Shown here: piece by piece, positions 26,601 through 39,568 of the stretch | Numbering within the stretch: the first letter of the stretch is position 1 | Layout of the letters: each line of letters opens with the position of its first letter | Assembly (NCBI RefSeq): GCF_018977255.1 | Contig: NW_024704743.1 | Coordinates: 112,904,001 to 112,968,000 of the forward strand | Source of the DNA: Callorhinchus milii | Lineage: Eukaryota | Reading direction: 5' to 3' | Length of the DNA stretch: 64,000 nt | Made by a program: the position numbers and the translations under genes | The notes under the pieces: generated by a model | What the model saw: the letters and a program-made list of their open reading frames with translations, nothing else | The model's database searches: none | Told to the model about the DNA's origin: nothing

Positions 26601-29600
26601 CTCCCTAATGCTGGGGCACAATGGACTAATTGTAGCACTATTGTTCTGGCTGAGATCAGATAACTCAACAAGACTGGGATTTCAACCTTGTGTTTTCCTC
26701 CATTCGGTTGTCAGAGAAGCTGAAAATTATGATTCAACATAATGTAAGTTATCTCTTGCCACATTATCTTTGTACCTGAGGGGCATGGGTGTCATCTGAC
26801 ACCAAAAAGTGGTTTGATTTGGTGTAAATTAATAACCAATAGATAAATTTACACCACACATTTTGGCTCGCTGAATTCTATGAGTCACACCATTCCAGTG
26901 GTGGAGCTCAGTCTGCATCCGTTTAAACTGCGTCTGGGACTCCCAATGCACCTCGGGTCCAGAACAGAGATTCAGCATTGAGGTTGTCCAAAGGGAAAAG
27001 AGATGTGGAGGCGAGAAAATTTAAAGAACAGAAAACAGTGGAGGAATATTATGCAGGAATACTGTGATGGGAGAGAAAACCTATCAACAGTGTAATGGAA
27101 GTGTTCACAAGGTGAACATAATGAGATAGAAATACTGGTGTGATAGGACTTGGCATTGTATTTATAAGAAAAAAAACTGTAAGAAACCTAATACAACAAC
27201 AAAATTACATTCCTATTGTTTCCTATTTTTCTTTGAGTAGGGAATTCAAATCCTTGCAAAGTACAGTAGAGAGTCTGTAATAATAATAATCCTTACATTT
27301 GATACAGCACCTTTCACATCAGGAGGATGTCTCAGAGGATGTACTGTAAAAGTGTAGTGACTAGGTATTTCATCCATGAACAAGGCAGCCAGTTTATGCA
27401 CAGCCATGTCCCACAAACAGCCATGAAGCGAATGACCAATTTAACTGCAATGGAATGTGCACTCTCTCTCCCTGGAGAGACTCGCCTTATTTACCTAATT
27501 TTCAAATGTATTAGGTAAAGTTTGGCAAGATGCTAGGCTTGGGGACCCCAGAACGTATGTTGGGGTATGGCTGAAGTTTAACTAGCTGAAACCGCAATTC
27601 TTGCCATTGTGAGTACTGTCTGGCAACCTTCCTGCTGCTTGTCCAGCTAGGATCACCCTACCCATTGGAGCTTGGCTTCCAGGGTTAACAGGAACCAAGT
27701 GGGAAGAATCCCTGTCCCCAGGACTCATCTGCCCTTCCAAGTACCGCCGATGAGTCAGGCTGTCTGATCTATCATCCGCGGTATCTTGCATTACTGCAGA
27801 CCTGACTGGCTCATAAAGCAGATAACTAAGACAGCTACAGAGAACCAAATCGATTCTGGCATTTTGTTACCAAACATGGCCAGAGTTGCACTGTGACAAC
27901 CCTTCTCTCCTTCAATATTCCTTACTCTAACTTTTTTCTTACTTAATAGTGAAAATGCAATATTATTCTTTTGAGAATAAGCCACTCCATTTGACATCTT
28001 TTCTGACTTTCGGCTTTCTCATGTCAACTTTTGCTATCTCCCCTATCGAGAGGGAGGGCAAGTGATGTGCTTTCAGGACTCTGGCAATTCCCTTTCTTGC
28101 TGCCACTACGCATTTACAAGGATGACCCTGGGTGAGGTTCCTGCTTTTGCACACAAACTGAAGTAGATAACTCTACTATGGTACTAAGATCCAATTGGCA
28201 AGATTCACAAAATAAATTGTGACTAGCAAATTCCAGATGTGGATGATTGACCCTTTGGAACTCTGTTCAGACACCAATCTCAGTCTCAACTTGCATAAAG
28301 TCAGCCTCTGACTGGAGTTCTATCGGGTTGATCGCCTCACACTTCAGATATTCACTAGTTGTCAATCCTTTTGTGAATCTTACAAATTAGACCTTGTTGG
28401 TTAAAATCCGGGGGCAGCTTCTCCTGCAACAAAAATGGTACATGGTGTAGAGAAACAAAATCAAAAATAACTTTAAAATGTGGGAACAATTGAGAAGAAT
28501 TAGCAAAATATAAAGTGTAGTTATAACTTTGCAGTTATAAGCTATTGCAGCAGCCAATTCATGCAAAGTGAAACCTTGAATTCATGCAAGTCATTCAAGG
28601 TTCCACAAAGATCCAAGAAGTGAATGACCAATTTACCTGCATATTAATTTTGAGGTCACCAAAACCTTGGCCCATTTAGATCCTTTTTTTATTTTGAAAC
28701 ATGACTGAAGTTCTCAAAGGGTTAACATTTTACACCAATGTACTGTTCCCACAAGCTCCAGGACCCACCTGAAGATGGAAAAGAAGCTCAAACTTTAGGA
28801 ATAAGATCTGCTTTGACAGCCCCTACACGTTTATAACTAGATTTGTCTAACGCGCAAAGTTTTAGAATTTTTTTTTAAAAAAGCAAACCTTTTTGTTTGA
28901 AGGAGTTTGGAATAAGACATACATTAGTTCCAGTACTGTTGTTGCACATTATTTAATGCCCTGAATTTACAAAATAACTACAGTTAGTCGATCCTCAGTA
29001 ATCTAAATCAGCTGCTCCAAGTTTTAACAATAGACCACCTACCCTTTTGATCTGATAAGAGCTAATTGCCGTCAACATTTTGGTATGTGTGGATTTGCTG
29101 CAGTGATTCAGATCAATCTGGATTAGTTTATTTTCATTAGGGAAGACAGAGTTTTTGATAGATTGATCAATCTTGGTTTAAAAGCATTCCTTCCTATGCT
29201 GACAGAATTAGATTATCCAGGTATTCATTTACTGCTCGAGTGAGATTCATTAGAGTTGCTAGGAAAATGTAAAGGCAGTTGTCTACACTGCAGCCAGAAC
29301 TTTTGTCATAAAATCTGAAAATGAACTTGGCTTAATAAATCTTCTTTACTGCAGAGGAGGGCAAAAGTAAAATCACACTTGACTCAATTCTTATAATTTT
29401 GGATGATTGGGAGTTAGTGCAGTGTTCAGAAATAATTGTTATAGTCACAGCCACGAGATTTATATGCACATAGAGCATCACCACCAGTACACGACAGGGC
29501 TTGATATTTCTAATGTTACACAAACGATATGTGAAATTTAAATGATTTAATGGATGTCTGTTACAGTGTAGTGAAGCACTTGTGCTCTGCAGGCAACCAG

Positions 29601-29671
29601 AGCTGAAGTGTTTGAGAGTTTTTAATGATGAGTTTTTAATTTCAGTACAGGGTGAAGTCTGCTTAAACAAG

Positions 29672-29975
29672 TAATAATAATAATTATCCTTACATTTGAT
29701 AGATCACCTTATCACATCTTCGAGACGTCTCCAAGCGCTTCACAGAATATACTGTAAAGTGAATTGACTGTTTATTTTGTGGGTGAAACTCGGCAGCCAA
29801 TTGCACACAGAGGTGTCCCACAAATAGTCGTGGGTTGAGTGACCAAATTTTTTTGAGCTTATTACCCCGGAAAAGCGATCTGCCAATCAACTAACAACGG
29901 GTTCCTACTTACTGCTTGGTAAACAGAAGCATGTGGGGTAAGGAAACGTGCCCAACGTTCCGCCCTGCCTGGGAT
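29672..29975 (-). mobile_element. Long-variant tRNA SINE, 5' truncated
   Basis: Tail, core and long-variant insert present; ends within the B box. Confidence 0.85.
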
Positions 29976-31776
29976 AAATGTTAATAGAAATATATAGGTT
30001 TTCTATTAACACAGTGTTATTAAACATACATGCTTGTCCTTAGCCTGGCCCCTGTAAACACATTATTCTCAGTCACATAATAGACATCTCTGTGAAAAGC
30101 ATCATTGTCCTAGTCAACTTCTCTGGAGGTGCAATTGAGTAGTGTAACAGTTGGAATGGACCCCTAGCCAGATTTTCCTGGATTGTCCCTTGTCAGGAGT
30201 CCAAATATCTACTCCAGTAACTATTGGGCTGGGCATCATGAATGGTAACTGCCAATTTACAATTCAATACAGTATATTATTTGAAATGCTATCAAATGCA
30301 AAGATTACTAGTATAATAATAATCCTTGCATTTGATATAGTGTCTTATCACGTCTCAAAGTGCATCACAAAATATATTGTAAAGTGAATTGACTGTTTAT
30401 TGGGGCGAAACACAACAGCCAATTGTGCACAGCAGTGGAGCACTGGTAATGTTTCCTTTACTTGTCCAGTTGGCTCACAGAGTTGAGGACCAGCCTGTAT
30501 CATCAAATCTCATTGATGTGCCAGACATCCCAAATACTGCCTCACTGCCTTCGGTTCTGGGGATGTGTGCACACCATCATGAACACTGAACAAGCAGATT
30601 TGGTTTTTAAAATTGAAGTTCACATGAATATTGTTCTTTACCAATCAACTTTCACCCAAAAGAGTAGATCTTTATCGGTGAAAATGGTAAAACAAACAAA
30701 TGTAATGGGCTTTAAAAATATGTAATCATTTCCAGTCCTTGTCTTTGATTATCTAATTTCCTCAAGCACTGATTGACTAGTGTGATATATAGACAGATCA
30801 GAGAATTTTTTTCTCCTGATAGAAAACATGGCTAGTGCACTTAAAACAGTTACTAGCATTTCAGTAGTTCTTTCTCGCAAAACCCGAGCCCCGGTTGTAT
30901 ATGATTTTCTTTCATTTCTTACAATTTTATTTAATAGCATTTGAAATATAGTGAACTTCAGTCCTGTACAAATCATCCTTCATAGTTTACACTTTTGTAG
31001 CTGGTTTTGTTTTCAATTTTGAAGCAACCTCCTATCTAATCTTGTGAAACCACCTTTCGTACACTTAACATTCCTAAGTTACAGCTTCAACAATTACTGT
31101 GCTTGACATTACTGACCTTAGCTGCCTTCATTTATTAACCTATGGGATATACCTGCTGCAGACCGCATCTGCAGTCGGCTCACCAGCTGTAGTCTACAAG
31201 ACTTTCAAAAACACCCTTTTGTCTATTAAATATTCTATCTTTAGAAGATGCTTTCATATTCGGTTGTTCTCTGTATGAACCATCATCACTGTTCCCACAT
31301 CTCTAATGTTTCTCTTTTGTTTGTATGTGTTTTTAATTCTAATTCCTTTTAGGTCATACATCAGCATCTTAAAAATGTGTAGACCGGACGGACATCAGTG
31401 ACATATTTATGGTGGTTTATTTTCTTGCTGTCACTATGTTAATTGAAACAGTTTCATGTCAACACAATGAGAAATACTCTTGTGATTTTTCACTCCTTTT
31501 GTCAGGGGCCAAGTGAATAACAAATGTAAGCCTTAACAAACCTTAGCCCATTTTCTTGCTTCCTCTTTCATTCTCATTTGAGCTTCATCCTTTCCATTTC
31601 TCTGCCTATTGGTTTAACCCCGTTTTTTTCACTCCTGTTCCCATCGGACTCTTTTAGTAGTGCTTATAATTCCTCCACAAAACGCAGTCACTTCACTTTG
31701 CAGTATATCCTGTGAAGCCCTTTGGGACATCCTCCTGACGTGAAAGGTGCTGCACAAAATGTAAGGATTATTAATC

Positions 31777-32487
31777 AGCCTGATGCAGTGGTAACTCTTT
31801 CGCCTCTGAGTCAGAAGGTTCTGGGTTCAAGCCCCACGTCAGGACTTGGAATCACATAGTCTAAGTTCGCCTCGCAAGCGAGAAACCTGGGTTCAGTTCC
31901 CAGAAGGGCAAAACTTGGGCAAGTTTCCTTACTCCACACACCTGATAATAATCCCTCAAGAAAAAAAACAATAATCAATTGGTCACTTCAATCCATGTCT
32001 GTTTGTGGGATACTACTGTGTGCAATTGGCTGCCGCGTTTCGCCCGTAAATATACAATCAATTCACTTTACAGTATATTCTGTGAAGCACTTTGGGATGT
32101 CTAGAAGATGTGAAAAGCGCTATATCAAATACAAGGATTGTTTATTATTAAGTTGACACTCTACTGCAGTGCTGGGGGATGTTGCATTGTTGGAGGTTCT
32201 GTCCTTTGGATGAGACGTTAAAGCGAGGTCCCATCTGCCTGTTCAAGTGGATGTTAAAGATCCCATGACATCATTCGAAAAGAGAAGGGAGTTTCTCCCG
32301 GTGTCCTGACCAACAATCCTACAAATAAAATTGGTCATTCATTCACTCCAAAGCTGTTTATGGAACATTGCTGTGCACAAGTAACTGCCACATTTCGCCC
32401 TCAAAAAACACAGTCAATCCACTTTACAATATAGTCTGTGAAGTGCTTTGAGACATCTCAACGACATGATAAGGTACTATATCAAAT
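31777..32487 (+). mobile_element. Older full Deu-domain SINE interrupted by a younger tRNA SINE (31868-32148)
   Basis: Head gcagtggtaactctttcgcctctgagtcagaaggttctgggttcaagcccc; the Deu core resumes at about 32155. Target-site duplication TAAGTT at 31862-31867 and 32149-32154. Confidence 0.85.
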
Positions 32488-33849
32488 ACAAGGATTATTA
32501 TTATTATGATGGTTTCCCCACAAGTTACTTCTGCATTTTAGTTCCAGATATTTCCTAGTTTGACTTCCACAAATGCTTAAGAGTAACTGAAGCCTGAAAT
32601 ACAGCCAACTTTGATTCCTTCACCTTGTGTAGGGACTCTATTAATGAGAGTTCTATCAATCAGTGACCACTCTGTTTATAAACAGTCACATGAAATCTCC
32701 AGGTGCCATACCTATAGTTACAGTAGTAGTACTCCATTCACATTTTACTATATTATTTCAACATAAAAAAACTTTTTTTGATCAAACATGAGTATCTGAC
32801 ATGTAGAACCCCGAGGCCATGCTTAAGGGTATTCAAATTAAACTAAACGTTCCACATTTGCATTGCATCTACACATGGAAATTTCGGTGTTTGGAATGGA
32901 ATGTGCTCTTTCTCCATGTAGGGATGCACCCTCCTTACTTAATTTCAGAAAGTATTAGGCACAGATTGACAGAGCCAAGGCTTGGGATACCCGAGTGGTG
33001 CACTTGGATACTCCTACAATTTAACCACATAAACCTACATTGCTTCTGCCAAGCTTCCCATGTTTTTTCCAGCTAGGATTACCCTGCCCCTTATAGGTTT
33101 GGTTTGCAGGGTTAACAGGAGTGGAGTGGGAAGATTGCTTGCCCCCGGTGATTGGGGAAAAGTCCTGCTGATGAATCAGGCTGACTGGTCTGTCATCAAA
33201 AGAGTACTGTGGACCCACCTGGCTCAGGGACCACAGACAACCACAAAGGATTGACTTGATTCTGACATTCCATTGCCAGATGTGTCACTTTGGAGCCAAA
33301 GGATATCTTGCTTACTTCCCTCTCAAGAAGGATAGTCACTACTTGATTATTAGACATCCAACAAAAGCATCTTCACTGGATAGCTCTTGGTGTGCAACGC
33401 AACTCAGCTTGAAATGCATGAGGGCATTGCTACCATCCTGTCTATCTGCAGCTCGGATACACATCCCTATCCAATGGTTCCATTAGTTAAAAATGTGAAG
33501 CTTCAAAAGCAGCTGCTTACCTCTCTGCATATCAATCAGAGTAGATATCCCAAACCCTGGTTTATGAATATGTTCACGAACTTAGACTTTAGGTAAGAGC
33601 CTTCCAGTAGCTGTCATTCCAAGTTTGAAGTTTCGTCATCAGCTATTTGAAGGGACATCTGCCTTCAACATGGTGGAAGGACCTGTGCAGGTCAGAATGT
33701 GACATGCCAGCCACCTTGATGTTCTAGAAGTCCAACATATAAATATGGTTGGAAGACATGGCAATAAAATGCTAAATTGGTACCTAGGGGATAGCCATTA
33801 AAGTTTCATTATAAGATTTGCTGGGTAACATATTAGATAAATTTGACTC

Positions 33850-34200
33850 TGTGAGGTGGCATTGAGGCGTAAAGATCATGAAAGGCCCAGGTTCAGTTTC
33901 TGCTACTATGTGTTTATCTAGCTGAACTCAGTTGGGTTGGTAGTGGGTCAGTGAAATGGTACTCAAAGAGTCCCTGGGCCTATGAGGCAAAACTCAGCCA
34001 GAGTTTCCACTCCTGACTGCTATCTGGTTTCCCCTGCTGGAGAGTACTTGTGTGTAAATGATTGGGCTCGGCTAGGACACCTCCCATGGTTCAATAACCT
34101 GTTGATTCACTGTCTCAGGCACACATATGAGCAACGGTCACTTGAGTGAGATACCAGAGAGCTGCTGGCAGCTGTGGAACCATATCTCAGCATGAGCTGC
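33850..34200 (+). mobile_element. Ancient SINE-like interspersed repeat, unclassified
   Basis: Diverged relatives at about 2590-2800 (-), 6120-6290 (+), 19380-19590 (+), 26340-26710 (-) and 30120-30260 (-) share motifs such as tgaccyctgctggaaa, aatggccactt and ctgtggaac. Confidence 0.55.
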
Positions 34201-34804
34201 CTCATGCAAGAAAAGAGGGAAGAAAAATGCGGGGGAGATAAAACAAACATTTCCACTTGAGTGTCTGCTACATTTAGCAAGTCTGGGGCCTGCTCATCTG
34301 GAGGGAAGTAGTGTGGGGGGGGGCGGGGGATCTTCATGAGCTGCTCCAAGTTTACGTCCTGCTACGATTAACCAGAAGAGAAATGAATACTTTCAGTATT
34401 AATATTCTCCTAACCAGGCTAATATAGTCTGAGAAAGAGATTTGTAAAGCGGGGATATTGCCTGTCTTTGAGAAACTTTAGCCCAGAATCTAATTAGGTT
34501 TCCTCTATTGCATCTTTAGGAATGTTCCTTGCATTTGTCAGCATTGAGACTTTTTCCCTGAGACCCAGCAGCAGTTGTTATAGAGAGGAACCCTGTTATG
34601 GTGGCCTTTGATATTGTTCTGCCATGAATTCTGTGGACCTACACTGAGGGTCTCTACACCCAACCGTCAGTGATAACTCACTCACTCTACAAAGAATGTG
34701 ATATTAGTATCACGTCTTGTGGAAGTGCTGTCAGTAGTGATCTGAAGACCCAGAAATCAGCTATTTTGTCATGCCTTGCTTAGAACTCAACCGTTGAGGC
34801 ATTG

Positions 34805-35155
34805 TACCCAGGCGAAATGTTGGCCAAGTTTCCTTACAACAACAACAAGATTATATTTGTATAGCCTTACATTTCCTTAATCCACACGCCTCTGTTTACC
34901 TAGCAGTAAGTAGGAATCCAGTTGTTAGTTGATTGGCAGATCATTTTTCCGAGGGTAAGAATTCCTTAAAAAAATAATAACTTGGTCATTTCAATCCACA
35001 ACTATTTGTTGGATGCTGCTGTGTGCAATTGGCTGCCGTGTCTCTCCCACAAAATATACAGTCAATTCATTTTACAGTTTATTCTGTGAAGCGCTTTGAG
35101 ACGTCTTGAAGACGCAATACGGCGCTATATCAAATGCAAGGATTATTATTATTAT
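34805..35155 (+). mobile_element. Long-variant tRNA SINE, diverged, with a small internal tail insertion
   Basis: Long-variant segment, core and (TTA)n tail. Confidence 0.8.
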
Positions 35156-36971
35156 CAAGTGTTCCACCATGTACGTTACAAAGTGCAAAGCAGTGTACTA
35201 ATAGTGCTTTGGAGCTGCAATGTGATGTATCATTTGAAAATAAAAATGACCATAATTCAGCACTAAATTGTTGATCACTCAAGGAAACCATATCATAGCT
35301 GGGAAATGGAAAATATTGCACCATTGTTCTGAGACTGAGGTAAAGGTGAATTGTTGGGGATAGCACACGAACGTTACTTTGCATGTGGCGATGCTTGTCA
35401 GACCTGGAAGTGGCTTGATGCTGATACTAGGGGACAAGCACTCTGGGTCTTCACCCAGTGTGAGGGGCGCTATATAAATGCATAAATGTTGTTGTTGCTG
35501 TTGTTGACAGCTGTTCCACCCCAAAACTGTCTCTCATCTTGATGAACACAAATATTCCCCAAAATATAAATTACTGTAATAATTAATAAAATAAAACACA
35601 AAGGTGCTTATAATGAAAATGTAAGTGATTGATAAACCTGCCAAATAATGTGAGGTGCCATTTACTTTTCTTTAGATCAGCTCACCAAGTTCTTATTTTA
35701 CTTTGTTTTAGTTCCATCAAAGCTCAAATTACAATCCATCATGTTCTTGTATAATATTTTCATGTTCTCTGATATTAACGTTAGATTTTACTCCCTACTG
35801 TTAAAATACGCAAGAAAGCAACATGAGAAAGTATGCTTTAGCTTGGAAAATTACAATCTTGTCAAAGGTTTTTCCTTTTATTTTGAAGTTCCATTTCTTT
35901 CCAACCTTCTGGAGGTCATGCCTAATTATTTTAAAAGAGATTCTGTGGGGGTAAATCCAACAGTATACGAAATCTGTATGGAGTGACTGCTTAGACTGTA
36001 ATATTTTATTCTTCAGCTCTGTACATACCTGCGTTCCTATAGACTAGGCACGGTCTGCGAAATTCCCATAGGAGAAGGAAAGTAAAACTTACTTTTGAGC
36101 CAGAGGTGTTCTGACTGCAGGATTCATGTAATTCAGCAAGGAGCAGCGGAACGGTGTTAAACAGCCCTCTCTGAGTCAGTCATTGATGGCTCTATCCCAA
36201 CAGAATCTCCAGTGGGTATTCTATTTGGCCTCATTCTGCTTGAGATAGAAAGACTGTCTGGGATCACTACCCTTCCCCATCTGCCCTGTAATTCAGAGGA
36301 GATGGTCTCACGACAGTTAGAGTGCACAAATTGCAGAATTCTTGACCAATGATGTATGTGCAGAGATCTGCTGTTTTTTATTAGCAGTGAAAGAAACTCC
36401 CCTTAAGGATTGCTCGCCTTCCCTTTTCTACAAGTTTTCAGTGAATTGTATGGTTTAGTAATAGGCCCACCAGAGATCATGTTTGATACACAAGGCAGTC
36501 AGCCTCACATTTCTTCTGCTGAAATAAAGTATCACTTTGCTGCTCTGCACAGTGATTTAACTTTCTCTTTGAGCCAAAAGCATTTGTCAAACCAAGCAAT
36601 CATTTGTTTCCTGTGGGAAACAAGATCCTTAGGTACATCCATCACTGAACAAATGAGCAAATTCAGTAGCAGAATGCATTTACTTTTGTTATTCTTGCTG
36701 GGTTAGGAATCACCAAGGACAGCTACAGCTCATTCTGGGTGTACTGTGGCCACTTCATGAGGGTATTTATCTGCACTCTTCAAGACAGATCCCTAGAACA
36801 AGTGATGCATTTTCAAAACCACATCACAGGCTTTGATCTGATTGTTTCTTTGTTGTAATTCTAATTATATGTGGATTTGAAAGAGGAAGAATGGTTTGAC
36901 CTTCATTCTTTAAAGAGGCATCATCTCCAGCTCATTCTCGACCCACCCCTGTAGTGCATGCTAGTCAAAGT

Positions 36972-37968
36972 TATAATAATAATCCTTGCATTTCACGTCT
37001 TCTAGACATCTCAAAGCGCTTCACAGAATATACTGTAAAGTGAATTGACTGTATATTTGTGGGCGAAACACGGCAACCAATTGCACACAGCAGTGTCCTA
37101 CAAACAGTTGTGAATTGAAGTGACCAGTTTATTATTGTTTTCTTTATTGAGGGATTATTATTAGGTGTGTAGAGTAAGGAAACTTTCCCCCTGCCGGGAA
37201 TCAAACCCAGTCTCTCGCTTGAGAGGCGAGTGCTCACGCTCACGCTGCTGAAACTCTGGTCCACGCCTTTATCACCTCAAGGCTGGACTATGGGAACTCT
37301 CTCCTCGTCGGCCTTCCTGGCACCTCCCTCCAAAAGCTGCAGGTCATTCAGAACTCTGCAGCTCGTGTACTGTCCCGCACCAGGCTTCGCGACCACATCA
37401 CTCCCACCCTCGCTCGCCTCCACTGGCTCCCCATCCCCCAGAGGATCGAATTCAAGATACTCACCCTCACCTACAAGGCCATTCACGGCCTTGCTCCCTC
37501 CTACCTCTCCAACCTACTATCCCCCTACCTACCTGCCCGTACCCTCCGTTCCTCTGGCTCCGGTCTGCTCCACATCCCCCGCCCCAACTGCCCTACCATC
37601 GGTGGCCGGGCCTTCAGCCCCTCAGCCCCCAGGCTCTGGAACTCTATCCCCCAGTGCCTTCGCCTTGCTTCCTCCCTTTCCTCCTTCAAGGCCGGTCTCA
37701 AGACCTTTCTCTTTGACCGTGCCTTCAGCTCCCCTCTCGACTCTCTACCCCCTCCTCGCTCCCCCCTTCCCTCCCCTCACCCTGACCATTTCCCCCCTCC
37801 TCGCTCCCTCCCTTCCCTCCCCTCACCCTGACCATTTCCCCCCTGCTCGGGTCCCGACCCAACTGTACAGCGCCTTGGGACGTCCTCCTGACATGAAAGG
37901 CGCTCTATAAATGGAATCTTGTTGTTGTTGTTGTTGTTGCTCCTCTAACCACTGAGCTACAGGACTCC
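36972..37968 (-). mobile_element. tRNA SINE (36972-37235 plus 37940-37968) split by an L2 insertion
   Basis: Head sequence gcgagtgctc|taaccactgagctacaggactcc is divided by the L2 fragment. Confidence 0.88.
37236..37939 (+). mobile_element. Young 5'-truncated L2 LINE 3' end
   Basis: The frame from 37241 reads HAAETLVHAFITSRLDYGNSLL...QNSAARVL...HITPTLARLHWLPIPQRIEFK...APRLWNS...FKAGLKTFLF without a stop; (TTG)n tail. Confidence 0.93.
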
Positions 37969-39271
37969 ACAAAGTTCTAAGGAACAAGTGCTGAATGAAG
38001 CCTTTTAAATAATGCTATGGGAGAAGATCATTTAAACAATTGTAGTAGATCAATTATAGAAATACAGTGAAATTCCTATAAGTCGTATCAATCGAACCAT
38101 AACATTTAATATCCCTTGCAGGCAAACTGTATAAATCGTATAAAAAATGATTTAATCAATAATCTACACTGCACATGCGTAATTCAATGCAGAACGGTAA
38201 GTACACATGGTGTAGTTCGTCACTGCAGCCAGTGTGGCGATGGGTCAAGACTACGTTTCCTGCGATTCAATGCGTCTTGACCCATCCCTGCATGCAGCCT
38301 TACTGGCAACCACTGGAATCATGTTGAATCACGGGAAATGAAGTTCATGCTTGATCAAGACAACATTTCTCGTGCTTCAATGCAGTCAACCGGTAAGTGC
38401 ATACGGTCGATGGAAAAGAATGTAATTTCCCGTAATTCAAAGCACCTGGTAAGTGCGGGACTGTTGGAGGGTAGAGGGAGCGGCATTCCGAATTAGGAGG
38501 TGAATAATACCGTAGTACAAAGAAACCTAAGTAGTTTTGAAAGGAAACTGAATGGGCCTCGGGTGAATGTACGACTTAGAATTTATAAACATGAAACTTA
38601 TGTGAGTTTTACTGTTTCCAGAGGAGACCAGATAGAGGTATTTAAGGTTATGAACCGCACATTCGATAATCTTTCCCCTCCCACTCCCCTCGACTCCCAA
38701 CCCCAGCTCAAGAACCCAGCCAGCAGAGTCAAGGGTGGGAGTTTCTCCTGTGTCCTGGCCAACAAACCCAGATAACTGGTCATTCACGTCATGGTTATTT
38801 GTGGGACATTCATGTGCACAAATTGTTTGCTGCATTTGATATGATACCAAGCTAGGAAAAGTAGTAAACAATGATACTAAGTTAGGAAAAGTAGTAAACA
38901 GTGAGGAGGATAGTAGCAGACTGCAAATGGACAGACTAGTAAAATGAGTAGACACTTGGCAGATGAAGTTTAATGTGGAGAAATGCAAAGTAATGCATAT
39001 TGGGTGGAAGAAAGAGGAGAGGCAATATAAGCTGATGGTACAATCTTAAAGTGGGTAAAGGACCAGAGAGACCCGGGAGTTCGTATAAGTAAATCTTTGA
39101 AGGTGGCAGGACAGGTAGATAAAGCTGTTAAAAAAGCATATGGGATATTAGGCTTTATAAATAGGGGCATAGAATACAAAAGTCAGGAAGTTATGATGAA
39201 CCTTTACAAAACACTGGTTAGGCCTCAGCTAGAGTACTGTGTTCAGTTCTGGGCACCACACTTTAGGAAGG

Positions 39272-39499
39272 ATAATAATCCTTGCATTTGTTATAGTGCT
39301 TTTCACGTCGGGAGGAAGTCCCAAAGCGCTTCACAGAACACAGTGTAAAGTGAATTGACTGTATATTTGTGGGCGAACGCGGCAGCCAATTGCGCACAGC
39401 AATGTCCCACAAACAGTCGTAGATTGAAAATGACCAATTTATTATTGTTTTCGGGTTTTGGAGGGATTATTATTAGGCTCCGTGTGGAGTAAGGAAACT
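39272..39499 (-). mobile_element. Young tRNA SINE, 5' truncated, inside CR1
   Basis: Tail and core; target-site duplication AAGGAT (39268-39273, 39503-39508). Confidence 0.9.
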
Positions 39500-39568
39500 A
39501 CTAAGGATGTCAATGCATTGGAGAAGGTGCAAATACTCGTGCCCTAACCACTGAGCTACAGGACTCGT

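Noticed and set aside
37230..37910. 226-aa Pro/Ser-rich ORF, the longest in the track
   Set aside because: Alternative frame of the C-rich L2 fragment; the lack of stops follows from base composition.
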